Assembly: GCA_951406725.2 (NCBI GenBank)
Contig: OX597836.1
Coordinates: 43,152,001-43,216,000, forward strand
DNA from: Octopus vulgaris
Taxonomy: Eukaryota
Direction of reading: 5' to 3'
Length of the DNA: 64,000 nt
This document shows positions 27,674-43,131 of the stretch, piece by piece. The number at the start of each line of letters is the position of its first letter. The first letter of the stretch is position 1. Both the position numbers and the translations under genes were made by a program. The notes under the pieces were generated by a model. It saw only the letters and a list, made by a program, of their open reading frames with translations. It did not search any database and had not been told where the DNA came from.

Positions 27674-27763
27674 TATGCAGTACGATCGTTTCACGAAACT
27701 CCATTTAATTGAACAATGAAATCATGACATCAATTTAAATGCAGAGCAATCTTCAGCTGCACA
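27674..27763 (-). ncRNA. Type I hammerhead ribozyme with long stem II
   Basis: Minus strand TGTGCAG-CTGAAGA-TTGCTC..CATTTAAATTGA..TCAATTAAATG-GAG..-GAAACGATCGTA-CTGCATA; 7-bp stem I; palindromic ACGATCGT; base of stem II poorly paired. Confidence 0.72.
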
Positions 27764-27907
27764 AAGCCATAGAATTTAATTAAATTAAAACAGATGGACA
27801 CATTAGTATGATTTTACCTAAAATCTCCAAGAATTTAAGGAGATAGACAAAGAACATGTTGCCCTCACTTCAGCGTAGAAGTTGCTAAGCTATCAGGAAG
27901 AAAGACA

Positions 27908-28333
27908 AGATTTGCTTGTCAGTTGTTTGACCTTAACCAGTTGAGCATATCCCTTAGTGGCTGACGATATGTGCATCTCTGATCACGAGCATAAGTAGTG
28001 GGGGAGCATCATAGTCATGTGTCGAGAAGAATTCTTTGGTGTTTGGATAATTGACCTCAGGAATCATGGGTGTTTTGTTCAACATCCTTAAGCAAACCTT
28101 ATTCAGAGACCTTTTGAGTGGGATGGGCTACTCGACCTGAAGAAAATTTCTGCTGGGCCTGAAGGTCATGCAAGGTCATGCGCTGTTAATCTTCATAAGA
28201 GATCACCATGTCACAGACATATGGTTGTGATGCATGTGCCTGGTGTACCCTTATCAGACGAGTAGTCATGATGAGTATATTGGGTTTCCTATATTTTACC
28301 CCAGTGTCACTTTGAAGCCATGTACTGCTCTCT
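27908..28333 (+). mobile_element. 5'-truncated copy of the 560-bp TAA-associated element
   Basis: Homology to 39421-39978. Confidence 0.8.
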
Positions 28334-28344
28334 TAATAATAATG

Positions 28345-28411
<67 letters not shown>

Positions 28412-28415
<4 letters not shown>

Positions 28416-28635
28416 GGAAGTGCAAAAAATCGTGTTAACTGGAACGATTCGTGTACTGAGAAGAGCATTATCGCTGTGAAAACAACATCCATTAATGAAT
28501 TTATTTATTTAAATATATATTTTACCTGCGAATTTGCGGGTGTAATCTGGGAATCCATATAATAAGGTTCTCTGATCTAGGTGCGCGGAAAACACTCGGC
28601 GAGAAATGGAAGAAAATTTGAAGAAAGAAGGAAAA
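28412..28635 (+). mobile_element. Extreme 3' fragment of R4/Dong-like element
   Basis: KEVQKIVLTGTIRVLRRALSL* directly after (TAA)n and followed by (TAA)n. Confidence 0.7.
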
Positions 28636-29234
28636 AAATAATAATAATAATATACGCGCACATATACATACACACACACATACATACATACATACATACA
28701 TACATACATACATAGATACATACATACATGCATGCATACAATCATTCATACATACATACATACATACATACATACATACATACATACATACATACATACA
28801 TACATACATACATACATACATACGCACGTATGTTCATACAGGGTTGGCCAACAGTCACCTGACGTGTTAATCAAAACAATTTAATTCCAAGATTTATTTA
28901 TGTTTAACAACAGAATGGATTTAATAAAAACCTTTTAAATGTGAAACATCATGAAAACTGTTCAAACTGAAGTCCTTCTTTTGTGAGTCATTTTTCCATT
29001 CCTTTCAGTACAGGATTACGGATAGTATTTATGGAATTTTGATTTACTGCCGGGTGACTGTAGAAGCTGAGTTTTGCAAAACCAGAAAACACACGCTCAA
29101 TCAAGAGATAACATGATAATAATAATATCGAAAGTACTGTAAAACTATGTAAAATATTTCAGAAATTTAGTTTGTAATAAGATCCACGTATGCAATGTTA
29201 TCTATACCGTCAACCAAATGCATGTGTGCACATA

Positions 29235-30496
29235 CGTACATACATGCATACATACATACATGCATACATACATACATACATTCATACATACATAAATACA
29301 TACATACATACATAAAGACATACATACATACACACGTACATGCATACATACGTACATACATACATACATTCATACATACATACATACATACATACATACA
29401 TACATAATTACATACATAGATAGATGAATACATACATACATGCATGTATACATACATACATACATACATACATACATACATACATACATACATGCATGTA
29501 TACATACATACATACATACATACATACATACATACATAATACATACATACATACATACATAAATACATACATACATACACACGTACATGCATACATACGT
29601 AGATACATACATACATACATACATGCATGCATACATACATACATACATACATACATACATGCATGCATACATACATACATACATACATACATTCATACAT
29701 ACATACATACATACATACATACATACATAAAGACATACATAGATACATAAATACATACATACATGCATGCATACATACATGCATACATACATACATACAT
29801 ACATACATACATACATACATACATACATACATACATAAAGACATACATAGATACATAAATACATACTTACATGCATGCATACATACATACATGCATACAT
29901 ACATACATGCATACATACATACATACATACATACATTCATACATACATACATACATACATACATACATGCATGCATACATACATATATACATACATAAAT
30001 ACATACATGCATACATACATACACACACATACATACACACGTACATGCATACATACGTACATACATACATTCATACATACATACACACATACATAAATAC
30101 ATAGATAGATACATAATACATACATACATGCATGCATACATACATACATACATAAATACATACATACATAAATACATACATACACACGTACATGCATACA
30201 TACGTACATATATGCATGCATATATACATACATTCATACATACATACATACATACATACATGCATGCATGCATGCATACATACATACATACATACATACA
30301 TACATACATACATACATACATACATGCATGCATGCATGCATACATACATACATACATACATACATACATGTTTACATACATGCATGGATACATACATACA
30401 TACATATATACATACATAGATGCATGCATGCATACATACATACATACATAGATACATACATACATACATACATACATACATACATACATACATACA

Positions 30497-30527
<31 letters not shown>
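29235..30527. repeat. About 1.3-kb imperfect (CATA)n array
   Basis: Direct reading. Confidence 0.95.
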
Positions 30528-30528
<1 letters not shown>

Positions 30529-30814
30529 AGGCTACCCTATTGACGATTAAATTCCATTGGATGAGGATTATTTCTGAGCAAGTAAATAGCACATTTCCTA
30601 CTCGTGAGAAATTCAAAAATAAAAATCTAAGAAGACAACGAATAATAGTATTACATGGTAGGAGGTTCTTTGTCATCGTAAACTGTTTTAGGTAACAATG
30701 TAATCGCGAGCTAACATAACCACTTCTTGATCTTTCTATACTTGATCCAAGGGTGTAACGAGGATGTGACAGCTGGTGGGAGAGAGGATTGTTTTAACAA
30801 CGTGAAATAAAGTA

Positions 30815-31381
30815 TTGGGTTGTCCGGAAAGTTCATGCCGATTTATAGTTGCTTACCTCTCGACTTATTTTAGAACATGGTTGAGTCCATAAAATAGGAT
30901 TTGACTACACCTCCATTTAGAGCACAGTTTAAGATATATTTTCGTGGAAGAAGGCTTATGTTCCTATTACCTGAGTTAATTCTGCAACCCTTTAAAATGG
31001 AAGATAAGAAAGTTCATTTTCGGCACTTGATGCTTTGGGAACAAGACAAAAATTGCTGCAGCTTGGCTGGAATGTGTTACCCCACCCTCCATATTCACCA
31101 GATATTGCTCCATCGGATTTCCACTTATTCAGGTCTCTGCAGAATAGTATTAATGGTAAAAATTTCAATTCCTTGGATGACGTAAAAAGATACCTTGATG
31201 AATTCTTTGCCATGAAACCACCTCAATTCTGGGAAGAGGGTATTTTCAAGTTAAAGGAAAGATGGAGATGCATTGTACAACAAAATGGTTCATATTTAGT
31301 TGATTAAAAAAGGTAATGGCAAGTATTTATTGACCTTTTTCTTTCCTTTAAGAATCGGCACGAACCTTCCGGACAACCCAA
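30815..31381 (+). mobile_element. Internally deleted mariner element
   Basis: TA-flanked TIRs TTGGGTTGTCCGGAA(A/G)GTTC; MEDKKVHFRHLMLW fused to LPHPPYSPDIAPSDFHLF..WRCIVQQNGSY. Confidence 0.92.
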
Positions 31382-31401
31382 TACTTTGAGGATTTGTTTT
31401 C

Positions 31402-31796
31402 AGGCGCAGGAGTGGCTGTGTGGTATGTAGCTTGTTTACCAACCACATGGTTCCGGGTTCAGTCCCACTGCGTGGCACTTTGGGCAAGTGTCTTCTACTA
31501 TAGCCTCGGGCCGACCAAAGCATTGTGAGTGGATTTGGTAGACGGAAACTGAAAGAAGCCCGTCGTATATATGTATATATATATATATACGTGTGTGTTT
31601 TTGTCCCCCTAGCATTGCTTGACAACCGATGCTGGTGTGTTTATGTCCCCGTTACGTAGCGGTTCGGCAAAAGAGACCGATAGAATAAGTACTAGGCTTA
31701 CAAAGAATAAATCCTGGGGTCGAGTTGCTCGATTAAATGCGGTGCTCCAGCATGGCCGCAGTCAACTGACTGAAACAAGTAAAAGAGTAAAGAGAG
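31402..31796 (+). mobile_element. Family 1 SINE, full length
   Basis: AGGCGCAGGAGTGGCTGTGTGG head through the GAAACAAGTAAAAGAG tail. Confidence 0.88.
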
Positions 31797-32144
31797 TGTT
31801 AAATAGATGTATGTGAATAGCAGAGGTATTAAAGTATTTAGTTACAGAGAAATATCAGCATGCCGAGGTCGTACGTAGCAATTTAAAGATTTTGATGAAC
31901 TGGAGGGGTGTCAGAGTTTACAGGTAGCTTGATTAGTCTAAACACGATATTTTATCCTGTACATGGACATCTTACAATAAAATATATAAATAAAAAGATA
32001 AAATGTTTCGTTTAATTCGGTGTTTTCTTTGCATTACTAAATATGATACTGTTGTCTCAGATTTAACATTCAAATCTCAATTTTTTTCTGGTTCAATATT
32101 CTTTTCTACTCTAGGCACAAGGCCCGATATTTTTGGGGACAGGG

Positions 32145-32680
32145 CCAGTCGATTATATCGACCCCAGTACGCAACTGGTACTCAATTTATCGACCCCGAA
32201 GGGATGAAAGGCAACGTCGACACGGTGGAATTTGAACTCAGAACGTAACGGCAGACGAAATACCTATTTCTTTACTACCCACAAGGGGCTAAACACAGAG
32301 AGGACAAACAAGGACAGACAAACGGATTAAGTCGATTATATCGACCCCAGTGCGTAACTGGTACTTAATTTATCGATCCCGAAAGGATGAAAGGCAAAGT
32401 CGACCTCGGCGGAATTTGAACTCAGAACGTAACGGCAGACGAAATACCTATTTCAATAGTACCCACAAGGGGCTAAACACAGAGGGGACAAACAAGGACA
32501 GACAAACGGGTTAAGTCGATTATATCAACCCCAGTGCGTAACTGGTACTTAATTTATCGATCCCGAAAGGATGAAAGGCAAAGTCGACCTCGGCGGAATT
32601 TGAACTCAGGATGTAACGGCAGACGAAACACCGCTAAGCATTTGCCCCGACGTGCTAACGTTTCTGCCAGCTCGCAGCCT
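32145..32680 (-). mobile_element. Family 2 SINE multimer
   Basis: Tandem bodies joined at GAAATACCTATTTC. Confidence 0.85.
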
Positions 32681-33611
32681 TTTTTATCTGATTCAATATT
32701 AAAAAGTAACAAGGCGGTGAGCTGGCAGGAACGTCACCGCGCCGGGCAAAATACTTAGCGGCCTTACTTCCATCTTTACGTTTTGAGTTCAAATGCCACC
32801 GAGATTGACTTTACCTTTCATCCTTTCGGGGTCGATAAAATAAGTACCAGTCGAGCATTGGAGTTGATGTAATCGACTCCCCCCTCCCCGCAAAATGCTG
32901 TGGGTTGTAAAGAAATATAATATTTTACACTGTATATCTTCCTATCCATTTATCATTTATACATTCTGTCTTCATTTATTGGTTTCGATACATTGTAGAT
33001 ACCCAGTCAACATCTCCATATTGTTTTCTATCGCCTGCGTCTACAAACCATTTAACAGCTACAGTCAATCTACGGTTTATCTTGCCAAATGTATATCGTG
33101 TTTGTCTCATCAACATCTCGTCAAATTCTACCCGTTGCAACTATTATTTAACATTTACATTCTGTTGATTCAGTCAACACTTTTTCAGAGTGCGTCCAGA
33201 TGACGCATGTACACATTGTTTAATCAATCAACATTTTAAATAGCCTTGTTGAACCAGACATGTACAAGCCGTATGCGATGTAATTTAACACATAAGCGGC
33301 AATACATCTGTTTGACATCGTACTTACAGATTTGCTTTGTCATTGATAAAACGGAAACGGCTACAGATACGTGTTTAACATCTGTTGAAAATATATATTC
33401 AGTTACAAGTGATAATGAGAACTTCCATCGTAGTCTAGAGAAGACACATGGTTAAGAAGTTAATTATATCTTACTTATTAGGTTCTTCCTACGTTTTGAA
33501 GCTTAGCAAGTTTGTCAGCGGTTCCGATATTACGTAATAGGAGATGAAAAGAAAGATTTCAGTCTTATACACATTTTAGTAGCTGAAAGTTGGTTTTCAA
33601 ATATACATAGT

Positions 33612-33745
33612 TTCTCTGTCCCTTTCTGTAGAAGAGCGTAGGCTCGAAACTTAAAATACTTTTTCTATTCCTGAGCGTTATACTAATACATCTGTTTGTT
33701 TTGTACACCACTTGTCTTCGTTTTTTTCTTTTTTTCGTAAACTCT

Positions 33746-33784
<39 letters not shown>

Positions 33785-34004
33785 TATATAGATATAGATA
33801 TAGATATAGATATATATATATATCGCCATGATAGATCGTTAGCCACTACACACATTTTTTTCTCTCCTTGTTTTTTCTGTGTCCCTTTCTGTAGAAGAGC
33901 GTAGGCTCGAAACGTAAAATACGTTTTTCTATTCCTGAGCGTTATACTAATACATCTGTTTTGTACACTATCTGTCTTCGTTTTTTGTTTTTTTAGTAAA
34001 CTCT

Positions 34005-34060
<56 letters not shown>

Positions 34061-34261
34061 CCATGATAGATCGTTAGCCACTACACACATTTTCTTCTCT
34101 CCTTATTTCTCTCTCCTTGTTTTTTCTGTGTCCCTTTCTGTAGAAGAGCGTAGGCACGAAACGTAAAATACTTTTTTCTATTCCTGAGCGTTATACTAAT
34201 ACATCTGTTTGTTTTGTACACCACCTGTCTTCGTCTTTTGTTTGTTCCGTAAACTCTCCCT
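33612..34261 (+). mobile_element. Three tandem Penelope/retrozyme-like units with a variant hammerhead-like motif
   Basis: Units separated by (TA)n, each with CTGTAGAA-GAGC-GTAG-GCTC-GAAACGTA (33626, 33889, 34138; minor variants); related unit at ~19780-19985. Confidence 0.6.
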
Positions 34262-37081
34262 ACATAGTTTTAGGATATATCTTGCGGATGCTATGGGATG
34301 CATCGCCAGTGGTGTTTCTGGGGTTTCGGGGAAATTTTGGGTCTTTAAACATTACATTCGCTCTTCTCAGTTCACCCAGTTGGGGCTGATCAAATCCCGG
34401 GTTGTATCTCAATAGCAGTAAACCACCTATCTGTTCTGTTTATTTAAGGACGCCTAGTGGCCCTCTCTGCAGTTTCAGTGATGGAATGTATGGCTCTCTT
34501 CTTTGCTGCAGCTCTAACTCCAAGCCTAGTCAGAATTTTGCTGAAGGAACGCTCCACAAAACCCCGACAGCCGGCTTCTATTGCCGCGCTACGTACCTGC
34601 CAGCTCCGATTTCATCACCGCTCTACCGCCTAGCAAACTTACACTTATGAACTTCCACCATGTGTTCCTCCCAGGATACAGTTAATTCCCACATTGTCAC
34701 CCGATTGGTACAATTTGAGAAGATCCCTATGTCTGGGTGGATTGTATTTGGTACGATGTTATGAGGGAAATTTAGCCATTCTACGAGATCTACTCTCAGC
34801 TGCTAGTCTGGAGCTATGGAAAAAAAGCATGATAGGCGTTGAAATTTCAGTGAACTGGGCTTCTCTTCGACTCTGAGAAAAGTGGTTACTTCTTTCCTGG
34901 GGTGGTACTTACTGGACTGAATGGCTGTCATCTCCGCAACCGCCCTGAGTAATTGGGAATACGGCGAACCCAAGGACATAGGGTTGGTCACCCGGTTACC
35001 ATTGCGTACATAAATGACCGAGATCAAAACATCTGAACGGGAATCCAGTCCATTGCAGGGTTCAAAAGTAACTATGATGGGATGAGGGAAAGTCGATCAC
35101 ATCGACCCCAGTACCCGAATGGTACTTATTTTATCTACTCCGAAAGGGTTAAAGCAAAGTTGATATAGCAGAATTTGAACTTAGAACGCAAAGAGTGGGA
35201 AGAACTGAAGTTTTGTCCGACGTGTTAACGATTCTGCCAACAGCTCAAAAACAAAGAATGCATCAGTTCCAAGACACCAGGATTCTCTGCTAGAGGAATT
35301 AATAGACTTCTTTTCGTGTTGGCAAAAATGTATAAATTATTTCGATTGATAAAATTAAGTTGATGGTTGAAGAACGTAATTAGTTTTGTATCAAGTTAAT
35401 AGAGAGAGAAGGGGGAGGGGGCAGAAAGAAGTGGATGAGTTAATGAATGGCTGGATGGAGATAGCTACATAGGTAGACTGAGGCAGAGCTGGGTGGAGTG
35501 ATGGATAGAGACAGGCAGACCGAGACAAGTGTTAACTAGCTAGCCAGCTAGATGGCTAGCTAATTAGTTAGCTAGAGAGAAAGGGGAGAGTTAGAAAGAG
35601 AGAGGAGAGAAACAAGTAGAAAGAAAGAAGTGGAATAATTAATGGTAAACAAACCAACACCGGTTTTCAAGTAGCGGTGCGAGACAAGCACAAGACTTGT
35701 AGATATGTACGTTTACATATATATGTATGTATGTATGCATGTATGTATTTATGTATGCATGTATGTATGCATGTATATATTATGTATGCATGTATGTATG
35801 TATGTATGTATGTATGCATGTATGTATGTATGTATTTATGTATGCATGTATGTATGCATGTATATATTATGTATGCATGCATGTATGTATGTATGTATGT
35901 ATGTATGTATGTATGTATGTATGTATGTATGTATGTATGCATGTATGTATGTATGTATGTATGTATGTATGCGACGGCCTTATTTCAGTTCCTGTCTACC
36001 AAAACCACTCACAAAGCTTTGGCCAGCGTCGTACTATAGCAGACGACCCTTGTCCATGCTGCTGCGCAATAGGACTGAACTGAACCCAAGACCACAGGGC
36101 TGGGAAGCAGGCTGTCAGCTACACGGCCCACGCCTGCATCAAGAGAAGGAAATGAAAATAAGACGCGAAGTTGCGATGACACTGAAGTATATGTTTATAT
36201 TTGGGAATGGCTCTGACGATGGAGTGTGATGGTGGCAAAAATCGGGATGATGATAGTGATGGCGGCAGCGGTGACAGTGATGGTAGTGGCGATGGTGGTA
36301 GCGATGGTAGTGGACTTATTGGTCAGTTTGTATTGGTGAGATTTATAACGCCGGTGGCTTGGCAACGATACTGATGATAGAGTAGCTCTCTAATAATTGT
36401 TGTTGCGTAGCAACAGGTCATACTTGACTGAGCAGACACATGATCAAAGGCCTTCCTGACATAACCATCCAGACATTCACTCGTGCATTGTGTACTCGAG
36501 CCTATATCATCTATTGGCGGCGAGCTGGCAGAAACGTTAGCACGCCGGGCGAAATGCTTAGCCGTATTTCGTCTGTCGTTACGTTCCGAGTTCAAATTCC
36601 GCCGAGGTCGACTTTGCCTTTCATCCTTTCGGAGTTGATAAATTAAGTACCAGTTACGCACTGGGGTCGATGTAATCGACTTAATCCCTTTGTCTGTCCT
36701 TGTTTGTCCCCTCTATGTTTAGCCCCTTGTGGGTTGTAAAGAAATATATATTATCTATTGTAATATAGCCTTGCTACTTTTAAAACGGTTAGGAAATAAA
36801 CTGTGACATGTTTGGTTGCTAGTCCTAGTAGATCAAACGGGGTGGTCGTAGGGGCTCCTACCGTTATTCGATGGGGTAGGCAAGGGTGGTGATAATCGAA
36901 ATGTGGTTTCTGTTGTTTTATCCAGCTCTGATCTGATCCTTCAAGCTTTTGATTAAAGGTGTTCTACCTGTAGCTTGCTTCCCAAATATATGGTTCCGGC
37001 ACAGCACCTTGTGTCAGACCAACCAAAACCTTTTGAGTGGATTTTGTAGACGTTAACTGAAAGAAGCCCGTCGTGTATGCG

Positions 37082-37116
<35 letters not shown>

Positions 37117-38659
37117 ATGTGTGTGTGTGTGTGTGTGTGTGCGCGTGTGTGAGTGTGTGTGTGTATGATTATGTGTATGTATGTATGTATGTATATATGT
37201 ATGTATGTGTGTGTATATATATGTATGTATTTATTTGTGTGTCTTTGTGACTGTTTCACCTACCATCGCTTGGCAACCGATGCTGGTGTGTTTATGTCCC
37301 TGTAACTTAGCAGTTAGGCAAAAGAGACCGATAGAATAACCAAAAAGCTTACAAACAATAAGTCCTGAGATCGATTCATTCGACTAAAACCTTTGAAGGC
37401 GGTGCTCCAGCATGGTCGCAGTCAAATAACTGAAACACTGAAACAAGAAAAGAATATGTGTGTGTGTGCGCGCACGTGTATGTGTTTACGTATGTGGATG
37501 TCCCCATTTTTGTTGCCCACCACTGCTTAACACCGGCGCTGGTTTGTTTACACTTCGTAACTTAGCAGTTGGGAAAATGAATCTAAGGGAGTGTCTAGCT
37601 TTCAGAAAAGAAAAAATAAGTACAAGAGGCGCTATCGACTAGACCCTTCAAGGCGGTGCTGTCGCATGGCCGCAGTCTAATGATTGAAACAGGTAAAAGA
37701 TAAGCGATAAGAAATAGGGTATCAATGGAGGTGCAAGGGTGGCTGACCGGAATCAAGATGGGGACGGTACACAGAAACCGAAGCACCGTTTGGCAACCAC
37801 AGCTGGGGACCAGCTGGGTTCTATAGCGGAAGGTCAAGATAGATGAGATCGCTTGGTGGCGTCCTGTGCCCCAAGAAGAAGAAGAAGAAGAAGAAGAAGA
37901 ATCAAGGATTACAGTTATTCAATATTTAAGATGGCACTGTGTTAATTACAGGAGATTTACTTGCTATTTCTAGCACGTGGAACGTGGAGTGCACACACGC
38001 ACAGACCTAGTGTTAGCTTGGTATGGGTGTGTGTGCGTGTGCGTGTGTTCATGTGTGTGTGAGAGAAAAAGAGTGTGCGTGTGTGTGTGTGTGCGTGCGT
38101 GCGTGCATGTGTGTGTGCGTGCATGCGAGCGTGTATATGTCCGTGTGTGTGTGTGTGTGTGTGTGTGTGCATGTGTGTACGTGTGTGTGAGTGCGTGAAT
38201 GTGTGCATGCGTGTGTGTACATGTGTGTGTGTGTGTGTGTATTTTTGTGTGTGTGCGTGCGTGCGTGCGTGCGTGCGTGTGTGTACGTCGTTTAAAGTGG
38301 TTTTAAGGTTCGGCCATTTTTGACGACGGCTGTCATTATGGGATACAATATTTAATTAAACAGACGAGTGAGGAATGGCCTCTTTACACTCTCTTCAGCA
38401 ATTGTCTTCTGTACTTCTGTTGACCTTTAAACAGTGACACTACAAACTAAGTGGGGAGTTAAGGGCTCTTCACTTGAACGAAATGACAACCGTCCAGCAA
38501 AAATTCCTCCTTAAGCGCGGCGACCATTTTTTTAACAGTCTAGTTTCGTTTCGCTTCAGTTTTTTATTTATTTTACTATTTTTTCATTACGTTGTCCAAT
38601 CCGTGTTTTCGAATATCTCTTTTCTCTTATGTCAGCACATTATTACAACACTCTCCTCC

Positions 38660-38679
38660 TGCTGCTGCTGCTGCTGCTG

Positions 38680-38767
<88 letters not shown>

Positions 38768-38772
38768 TAATA

Positions 38773-38812
<40 letters not shown>

Positions 38813-38844
38813 TGATAATAATAATAATGATAATAATAATAATG

Positions 38845-38890
<46 letters not shown>

Positions 38891-38898
38891 TAATAATG

Positions 38899-38929
<31 letters not shown>

Positions 38930-38943
38930 TAATAATAATAATG

Positions 38944-38983
<40 letters not shown>

Positions 38984-39006
38984 TAATAATAATAATAATA
39001 ATAATG

Positions 39007-39062
<56 letters not shown>

Positions 39063-39090
39063 TATTATTATTATTATTATTATTATTATT
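38660..39090. repeat. (CTG)n(CTA)n(AAT)n(ATT)n compound trinucleotide array
   Basis: Direct reading. Confidence 0.95.
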
Positions 39091-39312
39091 GTTATTTCAA
39101 TTTTTTGCCTCAAGGGCAGCTTGGGGAGGTTGGAATGAGTCTATCACATCGACCCCAGTGTTCAACTGGTACTTATTTTATCGATCCCGAAAGGACGAAA
39201 GGCAAAGTCGACCTCGGCAAAATTTGAACTCAGAAGGTAACGGCAAACGAAATTCCGCTAAGCATTTCGTCCAGTGCGCTAACGATTCTGCCAGCTCGCC
39301 GCTTTAATAATG

Positions 39313-39385
<73 letters not shown>

Positions 39386-39420
39386 GGATGATGATGATGA
39401 TAATAATAATAATGATAATA

Positions 39421-39978
39421 AATGCCCTGATGCAGTACCAGGTAGTGGCTCTCATGGCTTCTGATCTTAACTGATTGGAAGTGTTATCATGTACATTGTT
39501 TTGTCTTGGTATAAAAGATGGGCTACAGCAAATATTCTGCTCAATACCACAGATTTGCTTGTCAGTTGTTTGACCTTAACCAGTTGAGCATGTCCCTTAG
39601 TGGCTGATGATATGTGCATCTCTGATCACGAGCAGAAGTAGTGGGGGAGCATCATAGACATGTGTTGAGAGGGATTCTTTGGGGTTTGAATAATTCACCT
39701 CTGGAAACATGGGTGGTTCTTTCAACATCCTTAAACAACCCTTATTCAGGGACCTTTTGAGCGGGATGGGCTACTCAACCTGAAGAAAATTCTAACTGGG
39801 CCCCACCTGCCAGGTCATGTGCTGTTTATCTTGATATGAGATCACCATGTCGCGCACATATGGTTGTGATGCATGTGCCTGGTGTACCCTTATCAGACGG
39901 GTAGTCATGATGGATATATTGGGCTTCGTATATTTTACCCCAGTGTCACTTTGATTGCATCCACTGCTCTCTCACTCA
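39421..39978 (+). mobile_element. Full-length copy of the 560-bp TAA-associated element
   Basis: Same first bases (AAATGCCCTGATGCAG) and last bases as 16871-17428. Confidence 0.85.
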
Positions 39979-40035
39979 ATAATAATAATAATAAATATAA
40001 TAATAATAATAATGACAATAATAATAATAGTAGTA

Positions 40036-40084
<49 letters not shown>

Positions 40085-40154
40085 TAACAACAACAATAAT
40101 AATAATAACAAATAATAATAATAATAATTATAATAATAATAACAATAATAATAA

Positions 40155-40231
<77 letters not shown>

Positions 40232-40250
40232 ATAATAATAATAATAATAT

Positions 40251-40930
<680 letters not shown>

Positions 40931-40952
40931 CAACAACAACAACAACAACAAC

Positions 40953-41004
<52 letters not shown>

Positions 41005-41007
<3 letters not shown>

Positions 41008-41542
41008 GCAAAAATCCTCTGGGCCTTTGATTTCCAGACAGACAAAGTGTTAGAGCACTGAAGGTCGGATATAGTAACCTTTAGGAGGGACAAACAAGAG
41101 GGCCTAAGGATTGGCGTGGCAGTGTCAGGAGATCAACATATCATCATGAAAGGAAGAGAAAAAGATGACAAATATGGAAACCTGAGGATTGAGATCCCTA
41201 AGATGTCGCAGTCACGTGAGTCGAACATAAAGGTTATCCCTATTGTCATCGGAGAATTGGGTTCAATACAATCCAATCTGAAAAACACCTGAAAACCTTA
41301 GGCGCAGGAGTGGCTGTGAGGAGTGGCTGTGAGGCGCAGGAGTGGCTGTGAGGCGCAGGAGTGGCTGTGAGGCGCAGGAGTGGCTGTGTAGTAAGTAGCT
41401 TGCTTACCAACCACATGGTTCCGGGTTCAGTCCCACTGCGTGGCATCTTGGGCAAGTGTCTTCTGCTATAGCCCCGGGCCAACCAAAGCCTTATGAGTGG
41501 ATTTGGTAGGCGGAAACTGAAAGAAGCCCGTCGTATATATGT

Positions 41543-41600
<58 letters not shown>

Positions 41601-42018
41601 GTGTGTGTGTGTGTGTGTGTATATGTTTGTGTGTCTGTGTTTGTACCTCCCCAACATCGCTTGACAACCGATGCTGGTGTGTTTACGTCCCCATAACTTA
41701 GCAGTTCGGCGAAATAGACCGATAGAATAAGTACTAGGCTTACAAAGAATAAGTCCTGGGGTCGATTTGCTCGACTAAAGGCGGTGCTCCAGCATGGCCG
41801 CAGTCAAATGACTGAAACAAGTAAAAGAGTAAAGAGTAAAGAGAGATACCTTACAATCTAGATGTATTGTAAAAGTCGGCATTACTTGGAACTGCAAGCA
41901 TATTGTGTAAAGTACCGTCTGTCAGAGGCCCCTGTTGTGACTTGACAAACAGTAAAAACCCCGGTAGACACTATATCTTCAAACAACTACCTCACGACAT
42001 GGTATAATGTGCGACATC
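41005..42018 (+). mobile_element. R4/Dong-like endonuclease fragment split by a family 1 SINE (41300-41842)
   Basis: KAKILWAFDFQTDKVLEH*RSDIV..KVIPIVIGELG; SINE head 19-mer AGGCGCAGGAGTGGCTGTG tandemly duplicated. Confidence 0.75.
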
Positions 42019-42071
42019 AATAATAATAATAATTATAATAATAATAATCATGATAATAATAATAATAATAA

Positions 42072-42430
42072 TGTATCAATACCGGCAGATGACAACGTGT
42101 CTCTAAAAGAAATGAAGAAACTTTCAAAATACAAAGACCTGGAAATGGAGGTAACCAGAATGTGGAATCTAAAAACAGAAACAATTCCTATCATAGTAAG
42201 TGCATTAGTCATGATAAAAAAATATTCAGACAAATACATAACAAAAACACCAGGACTTACAAACACATATAACATACAGAAAATTGCACTACTAAGCACT
42301 GCACACATCCTACGCAGAACACTTTCCATACAATAACAATCAGAGCATCACAACAAATCACAGCACATACCCAAGGCACACAGAGCTGTGCTCGGTAGTG
42401 AAGTGAAAGCACGCTATAAAAATAAAACTA

Positions 42431-42434
<4 letters not shown>
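42072..42434 (+). mobile_element. 3' fragment of R4/Dong-like element
   Basis: VSIPADDNVSLKEMKKLSKYKDLEMEVTRMWNLKTETIPII..STAHILRRTLS; TAA-flanked. Confidence 0.88.
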
Positions 42435-42470
<36 letters not shown>

Positions 42471-42709
42471 TTTTTTTTTGTTTCTTTTCTGCCCACAAGG
42501 GACTAAACATGAAGGGGACAAACAAGGAAAAACAAAGGGATTAAGTCGATTACATCGACTCCAGTGCGAAACTGGTACTTAATTTATCGACCCCGAAAGG
42601 ATGAAAGCCAAGTTGACCTCGGCGGAACTTGAACTCAGAACGTAGCGACAGACGAAATACTGCTGAGCATTTCGCCCGGCGTGCTAACGTTTCTGCCAGC
42701 TCGCCGCCT

Positions 42710-42748
<39 letters not shown>

Positions 42749-43052
42749 TTAATAATAATAAGTGTTATTCTGTACATTGTTTTGAGACATCGCTGGTCAC
42801 AATGCGCTTCGCATTATTTTAGCCTTCAAATGACGCCACCCCGCTGGCTAAGCGAGCAGGCCAACAGAAGAAAGAGTGAGAGAAAGTTGTGGTGAAAGAG
42901 TACAGCAGGGATCGCCACCACCCACTGCCCCGGAGCCTCGTGGAGCTTTAGGTGTTTTCGCTCAATAAACACACACAACGCCCGTCTGGGAATCGACACT
43001 GCGATCCTACGACCGCGAGTCCGATGCCCTAACCACTGGGCCATTGCGCCTT

Positions 43053-43131
<79 letters not shown>

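Noticed and set aside
28838-29160. TA|CAGGGTTGGCC possible Tc1/mariner end
   Set aside because: No partner TIR or transposase motif could be confirmed.
34270-35070. Possible decayed LINE endonuclease on the minus strand
   Set aside because: Only faint motif resemblance with many stops; cannot be supported without an HMM search.
38592-39227. Poly-Asn/poly-Ile ORFs
   Set aside because: AAT microsatellite running into a SINE.
41300-41390. 19-bp direct repeats resembling a CRISPR array
   Set aside because: No spacers; tandem duplication of a SINE head in eukaryotic DNA.
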